The position numbers were made by a program, and so were the translations under genes. The notes under the pieces were generated by a model. That model made no database searches, was not told the origin of the DNA, and saw only the letters and a program-made list of their open reading frames with translations. From Candidatus Micrarchaeota archaeon (GTDB lineage Archaea; Micrarchaeota; Micrarchaeia; Micrarchaeales; CABMGC01), in contig DAIDLJ010000003.1 in assembly GCA_027449585.1 (NCBI GenBank), positions 1 through 38,026 on the forward strand: a stretch of DNA of 38,026 bases, written 5' to 3'. Every line of letters begins with the position of its first letter. The first letter of the stretch is position 1. Positions 10,068-18,985 of this stretch are shown here, in pieces.

Positions 10068-10724
10068 ATGGAGGTAATTACAAAAAGCAAGATGCTTGAC
10101 ATGCTCGCCAGGTGCGAGATGGGGCTCGCCGAGAGGAGATTTGAGGAAGGCAGCATGGAGACTGCTAAGCTTCTCTTTGCAGATTCTTCAAGGAAGTATG
10201 CATATATCGCATCGACCAGGGAGAAGAATGCCGATAGCATGCGCACCCTTGAACACGCGCTAAAGCTCGCTGTAAGAGGCGAGAGTCCAAAGGAGATATA
10301 TCGCATAACTAGCAGGATAGTTGAACTGGAGATGTTTCCTGAAAGGAGGCTTGTGATGGCAGAGCTTAGGGGAGACGGAGTCGAACTCCCTGGCACCACT
10401 TTTATACGCGGTATACCTAAAATTACAGAGATACACTCTACGGAAATGTCGTATTACAAATACATAATAGATATGCGCAATGGCAACTTCGAAAGACTGC
10501 TGGCAGCGGCGGAGGATAGTGATATGAAGAGGGTGCTCCTCAACCTCACTAGGGAGCAGGCAAAGGTAGTGGATGGGTCACTGGAGAATGCTGAGGTCAC
10601 GCTTAACTACGCTGTGCCGCTGGAATTCATCGACATATCATCAAAGCACAGAAGAGAAAATTCGGATTATATAAAGAACATGATAAACGTGCTTAGCGGA
10701 GGTTTTGAGCTTCTGCTTAAATGA
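10068..10724 (+). CDS. Hypothetical protein, tandem paralogue 3 of 3
   Basis: Same blocks (TKSKML..LA..E..LA.R...G....AK.LF....KYAYIA; ALKLA.R; ISSKH...YIKNMINV). Preceded by an AGGTGG RBS. Confidence 0.8.
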   Translation: MEVITKSKMLDMLARCEMGLAERRFEEGSMETAKLLFADSSRKYAYIASTREKNADSMRTLEHALKLAVRGESPKEIYRITSRIVELEMFPERRLVMAELRGDGVELPGTTFIRGIPKITEIHSTEMSYYKYIIDMRNGNFERLLAAAEDSDMKRVLLNLTREQAKVVDGSLENAEVTLNYAVPLEFIDISSKHRRENSDYIKNMINVLSGGFELLLK

Positions 10725-10762
10725 GAATTGCAGTTCGCAGGCACCAAAGATACCGGTGCAAA

Positions 10763-11608
10763 TCAGAAGGTCTCTGGTTTTGGCCACTCTATATCGGCAG
10801 GTGCATAAATCTCTGTTGCAGTAGTGCTGAATGCGCTCATCCTGCTATATACCATTGTGGATGAAGCTATTAGGAGTATGACGCTTGAAATCAGTGGATA
10901 AGTGATGCTTGTGCTTAGGTACTGATAAGCCATCAGGAAGGCCGAACCGAAGGTCGAGACAAAGGCTATTGCGAAAAGTACCAGCGAGTTCCTCAGCAAT
11001 GATATCGCGCTGGCGATGCCGACTGCCATTACTATTATGTCAGCAGCAGGGAATGTGTAGAGCGAGTTGAAGTTTATTATGAAGTTTGCAATTCCGTGCT
11101 GCAGCGCAACCTGCGCTATGAACTGGGTCTGACTATGCGTGAAATAGAAGAGCACGATGGCATTTATCAGTACAAGGGCCGAAGAGAACGCGGATATTGC
11201 ATTGTTTCTAGGAGCCTCTGTCACCTCCTCGTTTTCCACTCTCATTGCCGCATCAATGTCATTTAGGCAATAGCTCTTGCCTTTATACTCCACAAGATCG
11301 ACAAAACAGTAAGGAAGACTGTCTGTGGCGCAGTACCCGTATGCAGATCGCCATGGATGGTTTATGCATGTCTTGTTGCGTATGTCATCCTTAGGAGCCA
11401 TGCTAGGCCGTTGCTCCGGCGCGCTTTGCACCGGCTTTGGAGTGGGCTTGGGATTTTCTGGGACCGGCTGTGGCTCTACTTCTTGTTTTTCAATTTTTGG
11501 CGCCGACTTTGGAGTTTCTGTGACTGGCTCCTCTTTTTTCTGCTTCTGCTGGACGTTTATTCCTCTGCTCTTGAAGATCAAAAGATCGGAGAAGTCTTCA
11601 GAGCCCAA
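10763..11608 (-). CDS. Membrane protein with B-box-like zinc finger and about 4 TM helices
   Basis: P/E/K-rich linker, then CINHPWRSAYGYCATDSLPYCFVD...SYCLND (B-box spacing), then hydrophobic helices. Confidence 0.72.
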   Translation of the reverse strand: MGSEDFSDLLIFKSRGINVQQKQKKEEPVTETPKSAPKIEKQEVEPQPVPENPKPTPKPVQSAPEQRPSMAPKDDIRNKTCINHPWRSAYGYCATDSLPYCFVDLVEYKGKSYCLNDIDAAMRVENEEVTEAPRNNAISAFSSALVLINAIVLFYFTHSQTQFIAQVALQHGIANFIINFNSLYTFPAADIIVMAVGIASAISLLRNSLVLFAIAFVSTFGSAFLMAYQYLSTSITYPLISSVILLIASSTMVYSRMSAFSTTATEIYAPADIEWPKPETF

Positions 11609-11631
11609 TATCCCACCAGCCCATCAGCGCA

Positions 11632-11868
11632 TCACGTTCTTCCAAATCTTGCCGCATGCCTTGCTGCCTGCTCTGCCTTCCTCTGGAAGACTCCCTGGTG
11701 CTTAGCGCAGCTTATGCAGTAGTAGACCTTGCGTGTCGTCATGAATTTAGTATCCTTGTTGTTCATGTCGATTCCGTACCTTATCACTCTTTCGTCCATG
11801 ACTGCCTTGGCTCTTGATACAGTTCTTCCGCAATTGTTGCATCTTACTAACGATTCGCTTCCTCTCAT
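11632..11868 (-). CDS. rps26e: 30S ribosomal protein S26e (eS26)
   Basis: RG....VRCNNCGRTVSRAKAV...YYCISCAKH.G matches the eS26 zinc-binding pattern. Confidence 0.9.
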   Translation of the reverse strand: MRGSESLVRCNNCGRTVSRAKAVMDERVIRYGIDMNNKDTKFMTTRKVYYCISCAKHQGVFQRKAEQAARHAARFGRT

Positions 11869-11958
11869 TTTATCGCCTGTGAATTACGATAGTATATCTT
11901 TTGTATAGATATTTAAATATGCTAGTGGCATTATTGTAAATGTATATCAGGCGATATT

Positions 11959-12573
11959 ATCAAGATCCTTATAATAACCAACATACAGGATGCGGCTGAC
12001 AGGATAACTGATTCTATAGACTTTGGCGGAGCGACTGTTGTTTCCAAGGAAGTGGATGGCGACGTGCGGGCATTGGCAAAGTACACCGCATCGCTCTTCT
12101 CAAGCGGAGGTTATGACTTTGCCATAGTTGTCGTCGACAATACTGTGGCGGCAAGCATCGCACTCAACAAGTATGAGGGTATAACTTCCGCGGTATGCCA
12201 TGACGCAGACGAGGCAAGAGCGGCGAAGTCACAGGATGTCAACGCAGTCATAATAAAACATAGCAACATTGACGACGCAGATGCAATAGTCAACGCATTC
12301 GCAAAAGGGATGGGAATGCAACTCAAGATCAAGCTTCCTGAGGTGCAGCTGCCGCAGATAAAGATGCAGAAAGAAGAAGTGCAGGTACAGCGCAAACCGC
12401 CTGTTGCGATTAAAAAGCAGGCTGCCGTGCAGCCTGCAAAGCAGCAAGCATATGATGAGTCAATGCCTGCAAGACCAGGAGTCATGGGATGGATAAAGGA
12501 CTCGCTTGGAATAGTCGACGTCCAGGAAGATGAGACGCAGGTAAAGAAGAAGGAGAAGAAGGCCCAGCAGTGA
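11959..12573 (+). CDS. Degenerate RpiB/LacAB-fold protein with low-complexity C-terminal tail
   Basis: ASIALNKYEGITSAVCHDADEARAAK..DVNAV matches the RpiB consensus SIAANK..GIRAA.C.D...A..A....AN, but the catalytic CGTG motif is replaced by VDNT. Start inferred at ATC 11959; the track start is GTG 12052. Confidence 0.7.
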   Translation: MKILIITNIQDAADRITDSIDFGGATVVSKEVDGDVRALAKYTASLFSSGGYDFAIVVVDNTVAASIALNKYEGITSAVCHDADEARAAKSQDVNAVIIKHSNIDDADAIVNAFAKGMGMQLKIKLPEVQLPQIKMQKEEVQVQRKPPVAIKKQAAVQPAKQQAYDESMPARPGVMGWIKDSLGIVDVQEDETQVKKKEKKAQQ

Positions 12574-12578
12574 TCTGC

Positions 12579-12899
12579 ATGAATACTTTAATGTGCTTGA
12601 ATATCTCCAGGGTTATACTTCCGGCAGTGAGGATAAATATAGCAAAGCAGCTTGATGGCAAGTACGACCTGAGGCAGATCGAGATAGCCAGGCGGCTGGG
12701 CGTAGCGCAGGTTGCGGTGAGCAAGTACCTTAGCGGCAAGTACTCCGAGTCCCTAAAGAGGGCAGTTGACAAGATAGAGAGATCAGGCATTGTGGATAGC
12801 GCAGTGATAAGGCTCGTGAAGATGGACAGCGCTCAGGAGATTGACGCGGTAGTGAACGAGCTGTGCACTAGGATAGCCACTGATAATTTGGTGAATTAA
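12579..12899 (+). CDS. HTH transcriptional regulator (archaeal XRE-like)
   Basis: ILPAVR..IAK.L...Y.LRQIEIARRLGVAQVAVSKYLSGK. Abuts gdhA. Confidence 0.85.
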   Translation: MNTLMCLNISRVILPAVRINIAKQLDGKYDLRQIEIARRLGVAQVAVSKYLSGKYSESLKRAVDKIERSGIVDSAVIRLVKMDSAQEIDAVVNELCTRIATDNLVN

Positions 12900-14165
12900 A
12901 TGACAGAAGAATTGAATCCTTTCAAGATAGCGCAGCAGGAGCTTGATTCCGCAGCCGAAATAATGAATCTTGACAAGACGGCACATACCTTGTTAAGGGA
13001 ACCTAAACGCATAATCAACTTCAACATACCTGTGAAGATGCGCGATGGGGAGACGAAAGTCTTCAACGGATTTAGGGTGCTCTACAACGATGCGCGCGGG
13101 CCTGGAAAAGGTGGCATAAGATTCCATCCTCTCGAGAGCCTTGACACCGTGAAAGCACTGGCAGCATGGATGACATGGAAGACCTCCCTTGCCAACATAC
13201 CTTTTGGAGGCGCAAAAGGAGGAGTGATATGCGATACGAAGAACATGAATGCCTACGAGCTTGAAAATCTCTCCAGAGGATATATAAGGGCTCTTGGAAG
13301 GGCAGTAGGACCGAAGGTTGACGTTCCGGCCCCCGACGTATACACAAATCCGCAGATAATGGCATGGATGATGGACGAGTACACAAAGATAGTTGGCCAT
13401 GAAGAACCGGCAATGATAACCGGAAAACCTCTCGAAGTGGGAGGCTCCGAGGGAAGGTTCAATTCGACGGCAATGGGCGGCATGTATGTGCTTAGAGAAT
13501 CTGCAAGGATGATAAATCTTAATCTAAAGGACTCGAAGGTTGTCATACAGGGATTCGGAAACGCCGGAATGTTTGCATTTGACATAGCCACAAGGCTTTC
13601 CGGTGCCAAGGTCGTTGGGATAAGCGACTCGGAAGGAGGCATATACGACCCAAACGGGATAGACTACAACAAGCTCGTCGATGCCAAGAAGAAGACCGGC
13701 AAGGTTCAGGGATATGACAAGGGAGAGAAGATAACCAACGAGCAGCTCCTTGAGCTTGACGCAGATGTGATTATACCTTCGGCAATAGAGAACCAGATAA
13801 CATCAGCCAACGCCGACAGAATAAAGGCCAAGATAGTTCTTGAACTGGCCAATGGGCCAGTCACCCCGGAGGCTGATGCAATCCTGTTCGAGAGAGGAGT
13901 GCTAGACATGCCGGACTTCCTTGTGAATTCTGGTGGAGTGATAGTATCGTACTTCGAATGGGCGCAGAACATGGCCGGATACTACTGGACAGAAGATGAA
14001 GTGTACAAGAAGCTTGATGCGATAATCACACGGTCCTTCAATGAAGTGACCGCTACGCAAAAGGACTACGCAAGCCGGGGCAAGAAGATAAGCCCTAGGA
14101 CCGGCGCATACATAGTCGCAGTGGACAGGGTTGCAAGGGCCATGAAGCTGCGCGGATGGTACTGA
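12900..14165 (+). CDS. gdhA: Glutamate dehydrogenase (Glu/Leu/Phe/Val family)
   Basis: GPGKGGIRFHP, MTWK, PFGGAKGG, DVPAPDV, TGKP..GGS.GR, IQGFGNAG, ELANGP, NSGGVIVSYFEW. Confidence 0.97.
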   Translation: MTEELNPFKIAQQELDSAAEIMNLDKTAHTLLREPKRIINFNIPVKMRDGETKVFNGFRVLYNDARGPGKGGIRFHPLESLDTVKALAAWMTWKTSLANIPFGGAKGGVICDTKNMNAYELENLSRGYIRALGRAVGPKVDVPAPDVYTNPQIMAWMMDEYTKIVGHEEPAMITGKPLEVGGSEGRFNSTAMGGMYVLRESARMINLNLKDSKVVIQGFGNAGMFAFDIATRLSGAKVVGISDSEGGIYDPNGIDYNKLVDAKKKTGKVQGYDKGEKITNEQLLELDADVIIPSAIENQITSANADRIKAKIVLELANGPVTPEADAILFERGVLDMPDFLVNSGGVIVSYFEWAQNMAGYYWTEDEVYKKLDAIITRSFNEVTATQKDYASRGKKISPRTGAYIVAVDRVARAMKLRGWY

Positions 14166-14167
14166 AC

Positions 14168-15775
14168 TTAGCGCATTGACGCTGAGCTTACCAGCTTAAT
14201 CAGCTCGCCCTTGTCGGCATTCTCTATGAAGAAGAAGTGCTTGGAGACCTTCTGCAGTACGGCAAGGTACCTTTGCACATAGTCAGACATATTGTTGCCA
14301 CGGTTTATGTAGACGGTTATCAGGTCAGCCTTTGCCTCGGCAAGATGCCGATTTAGGTTAACCATGTCTATTTGCGCCTCTCCGTCTGTTATTAGTATTA
14401 TCTCCTTCTTCTTTCGTGACCTATCCTTGGCCAGGTCATTGCATGCAGCAATTACGGCCTTTTCTATGTTGGTTCCGCCTGACACAGCCACCCTGCGCAT
14501 AAGCTGCGCGACCATGTCCTTCTTGTCGCGCCGCTCGTTCTTGAGCACGGTTATCGGGTCGTACACCACATCGTCGAAGTAAGTCAGATAGAAATCCCCT
14601 TTCTCCTTGACCGCTGAGATGTATAACGAAAGGGCTACAGCCTTTGCGAATATCAGCTTGTCGGCGCTCATGCTGCTTGACTTGTCGAACAGAACATACC
14701 TGGTCTTCTCGTTCTCTCGTATGCTCCTGTCGTATTTGGGCAGCCTCCTGTGCGCGTACAATGCGTAAAGCAGCTCGTCAGGATAGGCGAATGCGGATGG
14801 CACCGCGGCTGCAAAGTCACCGCCGATTGTAAAGCCGTTATATTCGCCTCTCGAGAATCTTGCCTTCTCCTTGGACTCTGACGATGCATTTGGAGAGCCG
14901 TTTAGAAGCTTGATTAGGTTCCTTATGTTAGTCTTGCTAAAGAGCATGTCTACAAGCGGATCGTGCTGGTTGAAGTCAAGAGTCCCTGCGCCGTGCCCTG
15001 CCATGTCCATCTGCTGCTTGAGCTTTTCGGGATCTGCACCTTCTTTGCCGGTCATGTTTGAGGCGTTCTGCGCGGCCTGCTCTGGAACGCTTCCGCTGGA
15101 GTCCTTGGTCCTGTTGGCCATGCTATTCTTAAGCTGGTCCATGAGGTCCTTGAGCTGCTGCTGCGTTGTGCTCTGCTCGATTAGTTTTTGTAGTAGCTCG
15201 GCGGCATCAGTCCTGTCGCTTAGCGATTGAAGGCTCTCCGGTGCACCTTGACCACGGCCCTGCCCCGGTTGTCCCGAACTTGGCTGTCCCTGACCGGATT
15301 GGTCCTGCATTCCATTGGAATTTTGCTGGCCCGTCTGCCCCTGCTGTCCTTGCTGCCCCTGCTGACCCTCCTGGCCCTCGCCGTTCTGACCCTGCTGCTT
15401 TGCCATCTCTTCAAGAGCCTTGATCAGGTTTATTGCAAGGTTTATTGCAGCGGCAGTGCTTGACTCTGCATTTGCCACGGTGTTTACCCGAAACCCCGAC
15501 TTGTTTAGCTGCTGGAGCAGATTTGATATAGTCTCAAAGTAGTCCTTGTTTTCCTGCGGATAGTTCTCCGTGAGCTGCGGCGATGGCAAAAAGAGCATGT
15601 TAAACAGATCGACCATAAGCACGCTCGATACCTTGTGACCGGTGAGTGCCGCGACTACATATGCCATGTCCTCTGCGCGATACTTTCCCTCCGCGGAGGT
15701 GGGGCTCACGCCCTTTATTGCACTTACTGAGATCTTCTCGTTTACCTTGCCTTCCTGCTTTACGGCTAAGGCCAT
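14168..15775 (-). CDS. VWA-domain protein, ViaA-like
   Basis: C-terminal VWA with intact MIDAS (DKSSSM, GGTNI, ITDGE) and a Q/G-rich central linker. The start overlaps the stop of the upstream ATPase (TAATG). Confidence 0.88.
   Translation of the reverse strand: MALAVKQEGKVNEKISVSAIKGVSPTSAEGKYRAEDMAYVVAALTGHKVSSVLMVDLFNMLFLPSPQLTENYPQENKDYFETISNLLQQLNKSGFRVNTVANAESSTAAAINLAINLIKALEEMAKQQGQNGEGQEGQQGQQGQQGQTGQQNSNGMQDQSGQGQPSSGQPGQGRGQGAPESLQSLSDRTDAAELLQKLIEQSTTQQQLKDLMDQLKNSMANRTKDSSGSVPEQAAQNASNMTGKEGADPEKLKQQMDMAGHGAGTLDFNQHDPLVDMLFSKTNIRNLIKLLNGSPNASSESKEKARFSRGEYNGFTIGGDFAAAVPSAFAYPDELLYALYAHRRLPKYDRSIRENEKTRYVLFDKSSSMSADKLIFAKAVALSLYISAVKEKGDFYLTYFDDVVYDPITVLKNERRDKKDMVAQLMRRVAVSGGTNIEKAVIAACNDLAKDRSRKKKEIILITDGEAQIDMVNLNRHLAEAKADLITVYINRGNNMSDYVQRYLAVLQKVSKHFFFIENADKGELIKLVSSASMR
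15250..15398 (-). repeat. Gln/Gly-rich low-complexity coding repeat (GQQ/GQE units) in the VWA protein
   Basis: Translates as QQGQNGEGQEGQQGQQGQQGQTGQQ...GQGQPSSGQPGQGRGQG, with imperfect 9-bp periodicity. Boundaries approximate. Confidence 0.8.
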
Positions 15776-17067
15776 TAACTTGCCACCTTATTTCTCTCCA
15801 CTGCCACGAGTTCGGCGGTCTTCGCCTTTCTCTGCTCGTTTAAAAGATTTAGTATGTCTGCCTGCTCGGCTATGTTCTTTAGCAGCTCCCTTGCGCTCTT
15901 TCGCAGCTCCTTGTTTGAGTGCTTCTTTAGAAGGTCCCTTGCATAGGAAGTTGCGGACGCGAGCGTCTCCAGATCCGATGCTATGTCCTGTGATGCCGAT
16001 GGATCCTCCCTTAAGGCCTTAGTTCCCAGAAGTATGTTCTCGTTGAGCTTGCCTAGCCTGTTGAGGTGGTTGACTGGAGAGATAAGGTCATTTAGTTTCT
16101 CCGTGACGGTTTTGCTCTCTTCCTCGTCTGCAGGCAGGATGTACTTGAGCACTGCGAGGTCTTCCACAGTCGCGCTCTTCCTTCCGTCTAGCATCGCGCT
16201 TGCTGCTATCATCTTCAGAGTCTTGCCTATTCTCCTGTCCGTGAAGTTTATGTGGTGCCTTTCATTGACCTCTATAAGAATCTTAAGAAGGTCATCCCTT
16301 ATCCTTGATGTATCGACCTCTTTTATCTTGTCGTAGAGCTGTGTTAGGTCTGAGGCAGATATGGCAGTCTTAGTTACCTTTGTGCTGCCAGCAAATTCTG
16401 CATTGAATGTCGCAGTTATAAGTTCTGACCAATACTTTTTTTCAACAGGTGTTATGAAGTGCCTGAGAAGGAACCGGTCATAGAATGCCTGATCCTCCTC
16501 ATCGTAGGAAACAAAATTTGTGGCGCTTATTATCGACCTTATCGGAACGTCCACAACCTTCTCCCCGTTGAACATCTTCCTCTCGTTCATTATGGAAAGC
16601 AGTGTGTCCCTTATCGCTGATCCGCCCCTGAATATCTCGTCTATGAAAGCAAGCTCTGCTTCTGGAAGCATGCCCTTTGTAACCATGCGATAGGCACTCT
16701 CCTTTGTAAGTGCAGGGATGTCCAGCGGCCCGAAGAGCTCCTCTGGAGCAGTGAACTTGCTTAGCTGCCTCTTGAAGAATTTTGAATCGGTAAGCTCTCC
16801 TGCCCTCATTGCAAGCGCAGACTTTGCAGTGCCGGGCTCGCTTACAAATATTATGTTCTCTCTGGTTATGAGCGCTAGGGCTATTAGCCTTGCCTCTTCC
16901 TCTTTGTTAACAAATGGCTCTGAGAGCTGCCTTGAAAACTCCTTTACCTTTGCAAAGAGCTGCGCATCCGTAGCCACGTTTGCCGCAGGCGCATCATTTG
17001 GTCGGACCTGCTCCTTTAACTCTGCACTCTGGTTTACTTTCCTCTTGAAAAGATTGCTAAAACCCAT
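15775..17067 (-). CDS. MoxR AAA+ ATPase, RavA-like subfamily
   Basis: Walker A variant SEPGTAKS, KFTAPEELFGPLDI, GMLPEAELAFIDEIF, LLSIMNER, AFYDRFLLR, TDRR; C-terminal helical extension. Confidence 0.9.
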   Translation of the reverse strand: MGFSNLFKRKVNQSAELKEQVRPNDAPAANVATDAQLFAKVKEFSRQLSEPFVNKEEEARLIALALITRENIIFVSEPGTAKSALAMRAGELTDSKFFKRQLSKFTAPEELFGPLDIPALTKESAYRMVTKGMLPEAELAFIDEIFRGGSAIRDTLLSIMNERKMFNGEKVVDVPIRSIISATNFVSYDEEDQAFYDRFLLRHFITPVEKKYWSELITATFNAEFAGSTKVTKTAISASDLTQLYDKIKEVDTSRIRDDLLKILIEVNERHHINFTDRRIGKTLKMIAASAMLDGRKSATVEDLAVLKYILPADEEESKTVTEKLNDLISPVNHLNRLGKLNENILLGTKALREDPSASQDIASDLETLASATSYARDLLKKHSNKELRKSARELLKNIAEQADILNLLNEQRKAKTAELVAVERNKVAS

Positions 17068-17096
17068 AGGCCAACAGTATAGTCTTCTTTGAATGC

Positions 17097-17120
17097 TATT
17101 TAAACATTTACTGCAAATTT
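17097..17120 (-). promoter_or_regulatory. BRE/TATA promoter element of the RavA-ViaA-like operon (copy 1 of a shared 24-mer)
   Basis: Minus strand AAATTTGCAGTAAATGTTTAAATA, ending 30 bp before ATG 17067. Identical at 23/24 positions to 32126-32149. Confidence 0.75.
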
Positions 17121-17124
17121 CCAG

Positions 17125-18855
17125 TTATTTTCCTTTATTGAAATGCTTCAAGAGCCCTTCAATCCCCATGGAGTTTATGACGCGCTCACTTGATAGCCAG
17201 CCCCTTTTCGCGGTGCTTACCCCATAGCGCATAAACATAAGGTCAGTTGTGCTGTGAGAATCGGTATCTATAGAGAACATTACCCGGTATTCCCTGGCTT
17301 TTATTATATTCTCGTCATTTAGGTCGAGCCTGCCAGGATTTCCATTTATCTCAAGCGCCACAGAGTTGTCCTCTGCGGCCTGGAACACCTTATCCAGATC
17401 AAAGGAGATCGGCCCCCTTGCATTTATCAGCCTGTCGGTGGGATGGGCGAGTATGTCGACGTTTCCACTCTCTAATGCAGTAATTATCCGCTTGGTCATG
17501 CTCGCCTTGTCCATTCCTAGATTTTGGTGCACTGCTGCAAGGCGGTAGTCCATCGCATCGAGGGTCTTTTTTGAGAGGTCCAAGCGACCGTCCTTTAGTA
17601 TGTCTATCTCGGAGCTCTTTAGCAAGGTTATCCCATCGAGCTTATCGTTTACCTTGTCAATTTCCGCAAAGTGCTTTGCAAATTTGCAATCGTCCATGCC
17701 GTGCGCTATGTACTCGCTCTTTGAATGGTCCGTTATGCCGATGTACCTATGACCAATCTTCTTTGCCGCCTGCGCCATCTCAATTATGCTCGCCGATCCG
17801 TCGCTGTGGTTTGTATGCGTGTGAAGGTCCCCCAGAATATCGCCCATCTCTACGACCTTGGGCAGCTTGTGTTTTAGAGAGAGCTGAACCTCGCCGCGGT
17901 CTTCGCGCATCTCCGGGTCCATGATGTCCATGCCTAGCCTGTCGTATATGTCCTTCTCTTCAAGGCCTGCAACATTGCGACCCTTCTTGTCGAAAAGCCC
18001 ATACTCGTTGAGTTTGTATCCAAGCCTTATGGCTACCTGTCTTACCTTGACGTTGTGATCCTTGTTGCCCGTAAAGTATTGCAAGGCGGCGCCAAAGCTT
18101 ATTGGATCGACGACGCGCACATCGCAATTTATTCCTATCTTAAGCCTGAGCGTGGTCTTTGTTGGCCCCCTGAGTACGACATCTGCAACCTCATCAAGGT
18201 GTGCTATAAAGTCCATTACTGCAGGTGGTCTTTTAGAGGTGACAAGAAGGTCTAAGTCTCCGACGGTTTCACGCATCCTGCGGGTTGATCCGGCTATGGC
18301 CGCGCGGTCGACTAGTCCGGACTCGCTTAGCTTTCGTATTATTAGTTCGGCTTCGGGCAGTGCGGTGCCTAGGGCCATTCTCCCCTTGCTTGATTCGAAG
18401 AGAGTTATGCCGTTCCTTATCTCGATCTCGCTCTTTGCGCCAAACCCCGCTAGCTTTCTTATACTTTGATCTTCAGCGGCACGCTTTAGGTCGTCGAGAT
18501 TGCGCACGCGCAGATTTGTGTATAACTTGAAAACCTTCTTCGCCCCAAGGCCCTGTATTTTTGTAAGAGTCTTGAAATCGACCGGATATCTTTTTTTCAG
18601 CTTCTCGAATTTCTCCATCCTTCCGGTATCTATGTACTCCTTTATCGAAGACGAGATCCCCTTGCCTATCCCTGGAAGCTCCATTAGCGCAGCTATGCCT
18701 CCTTTCTTGTATATCTCCAGTACACTTTCCTGCAGCCCTGAAAGAGTCTGCGCCGCCTTCCTGTAGGCAAGGACCTCGAACCTGCTTACGCCATCATCAA
18801 CAGACAGCATGTCTGCTATCTCCTCGAATATGTCGGCAAGCTCCGAATTTATCAT
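17125..18855 (-). CDS. polX: DNA polymerase X / PHP-domain 3'-5' exonuclease
   Basis: N..LA.IFEEIAD, AYRKAA, HhH LPGIGKG, AGSTRRMRETVGDLD, QYFTGNKDHN, LNEYGLF, and PHP motifs DLHTHT..SDG, ITDHS, HPT.R, TDSH. Start reassigned to ATG 18855. Confidence 0.95.
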   Translation of the reverse strand: MINSELADIFEEIADMLSVDDGVSRFEVLAYRKAAQTLSGLQESVLEIYKKGGIAALMELPGIGKGISSSIKEYIDTGRMEKFEKLKKRYPVDFKTLTKIQGLGAKKVFKLYTNLRVRNLDDLKRAAEDQSIRKLAGFGAKSEIEIRNGITLFESSKGRMALGTALPEAELIIRKLSESGLVDRAAIAGSTRRMRETVGDLDLLVTSKRPPAVMDFIAHLDEVADVVLRGPTKTTLRLKIGINCDVRVVDPISFGAALQYFTGNKDHNVKVRQVAIRLGYKLNEYGLFDKKGRNVAGLEEKDIYDRLGMDIMDPEMREDRGEVQLSLKHKLPKVVEMGDILGDLHTHTNHSDGSASIIEMAQAAKKIGHRYIGITDHSKSEYIAHGMDDCKFAKHFAEIDKVNDKLDGITLLKSSEIDILKDGRLDLSKKTLDAMDYRLAAVHQNLGMDKASMTKRIITALESGNVDILAHPTDRLINARGPISFDLDKVFQAAEDNSVALEINGNPGRLDLNDENIIKAREYRVMFSIDTDSHSTTDLMFMRYGVSTAKRGWLSSERVINSMGIEGLLKHFNKGK

Positions 18856-18985
18856 AATATTGTTTTGCAATCTACAATTTATAATGCTTAATTGAATAGG
18901 AAATGGCCCGGCTAATTGCAAAATCCTTGGAAAGATGCGTAGAAAGATATTTAATTTAATCTGAGAAATAAGAGTGGCGACAAAC

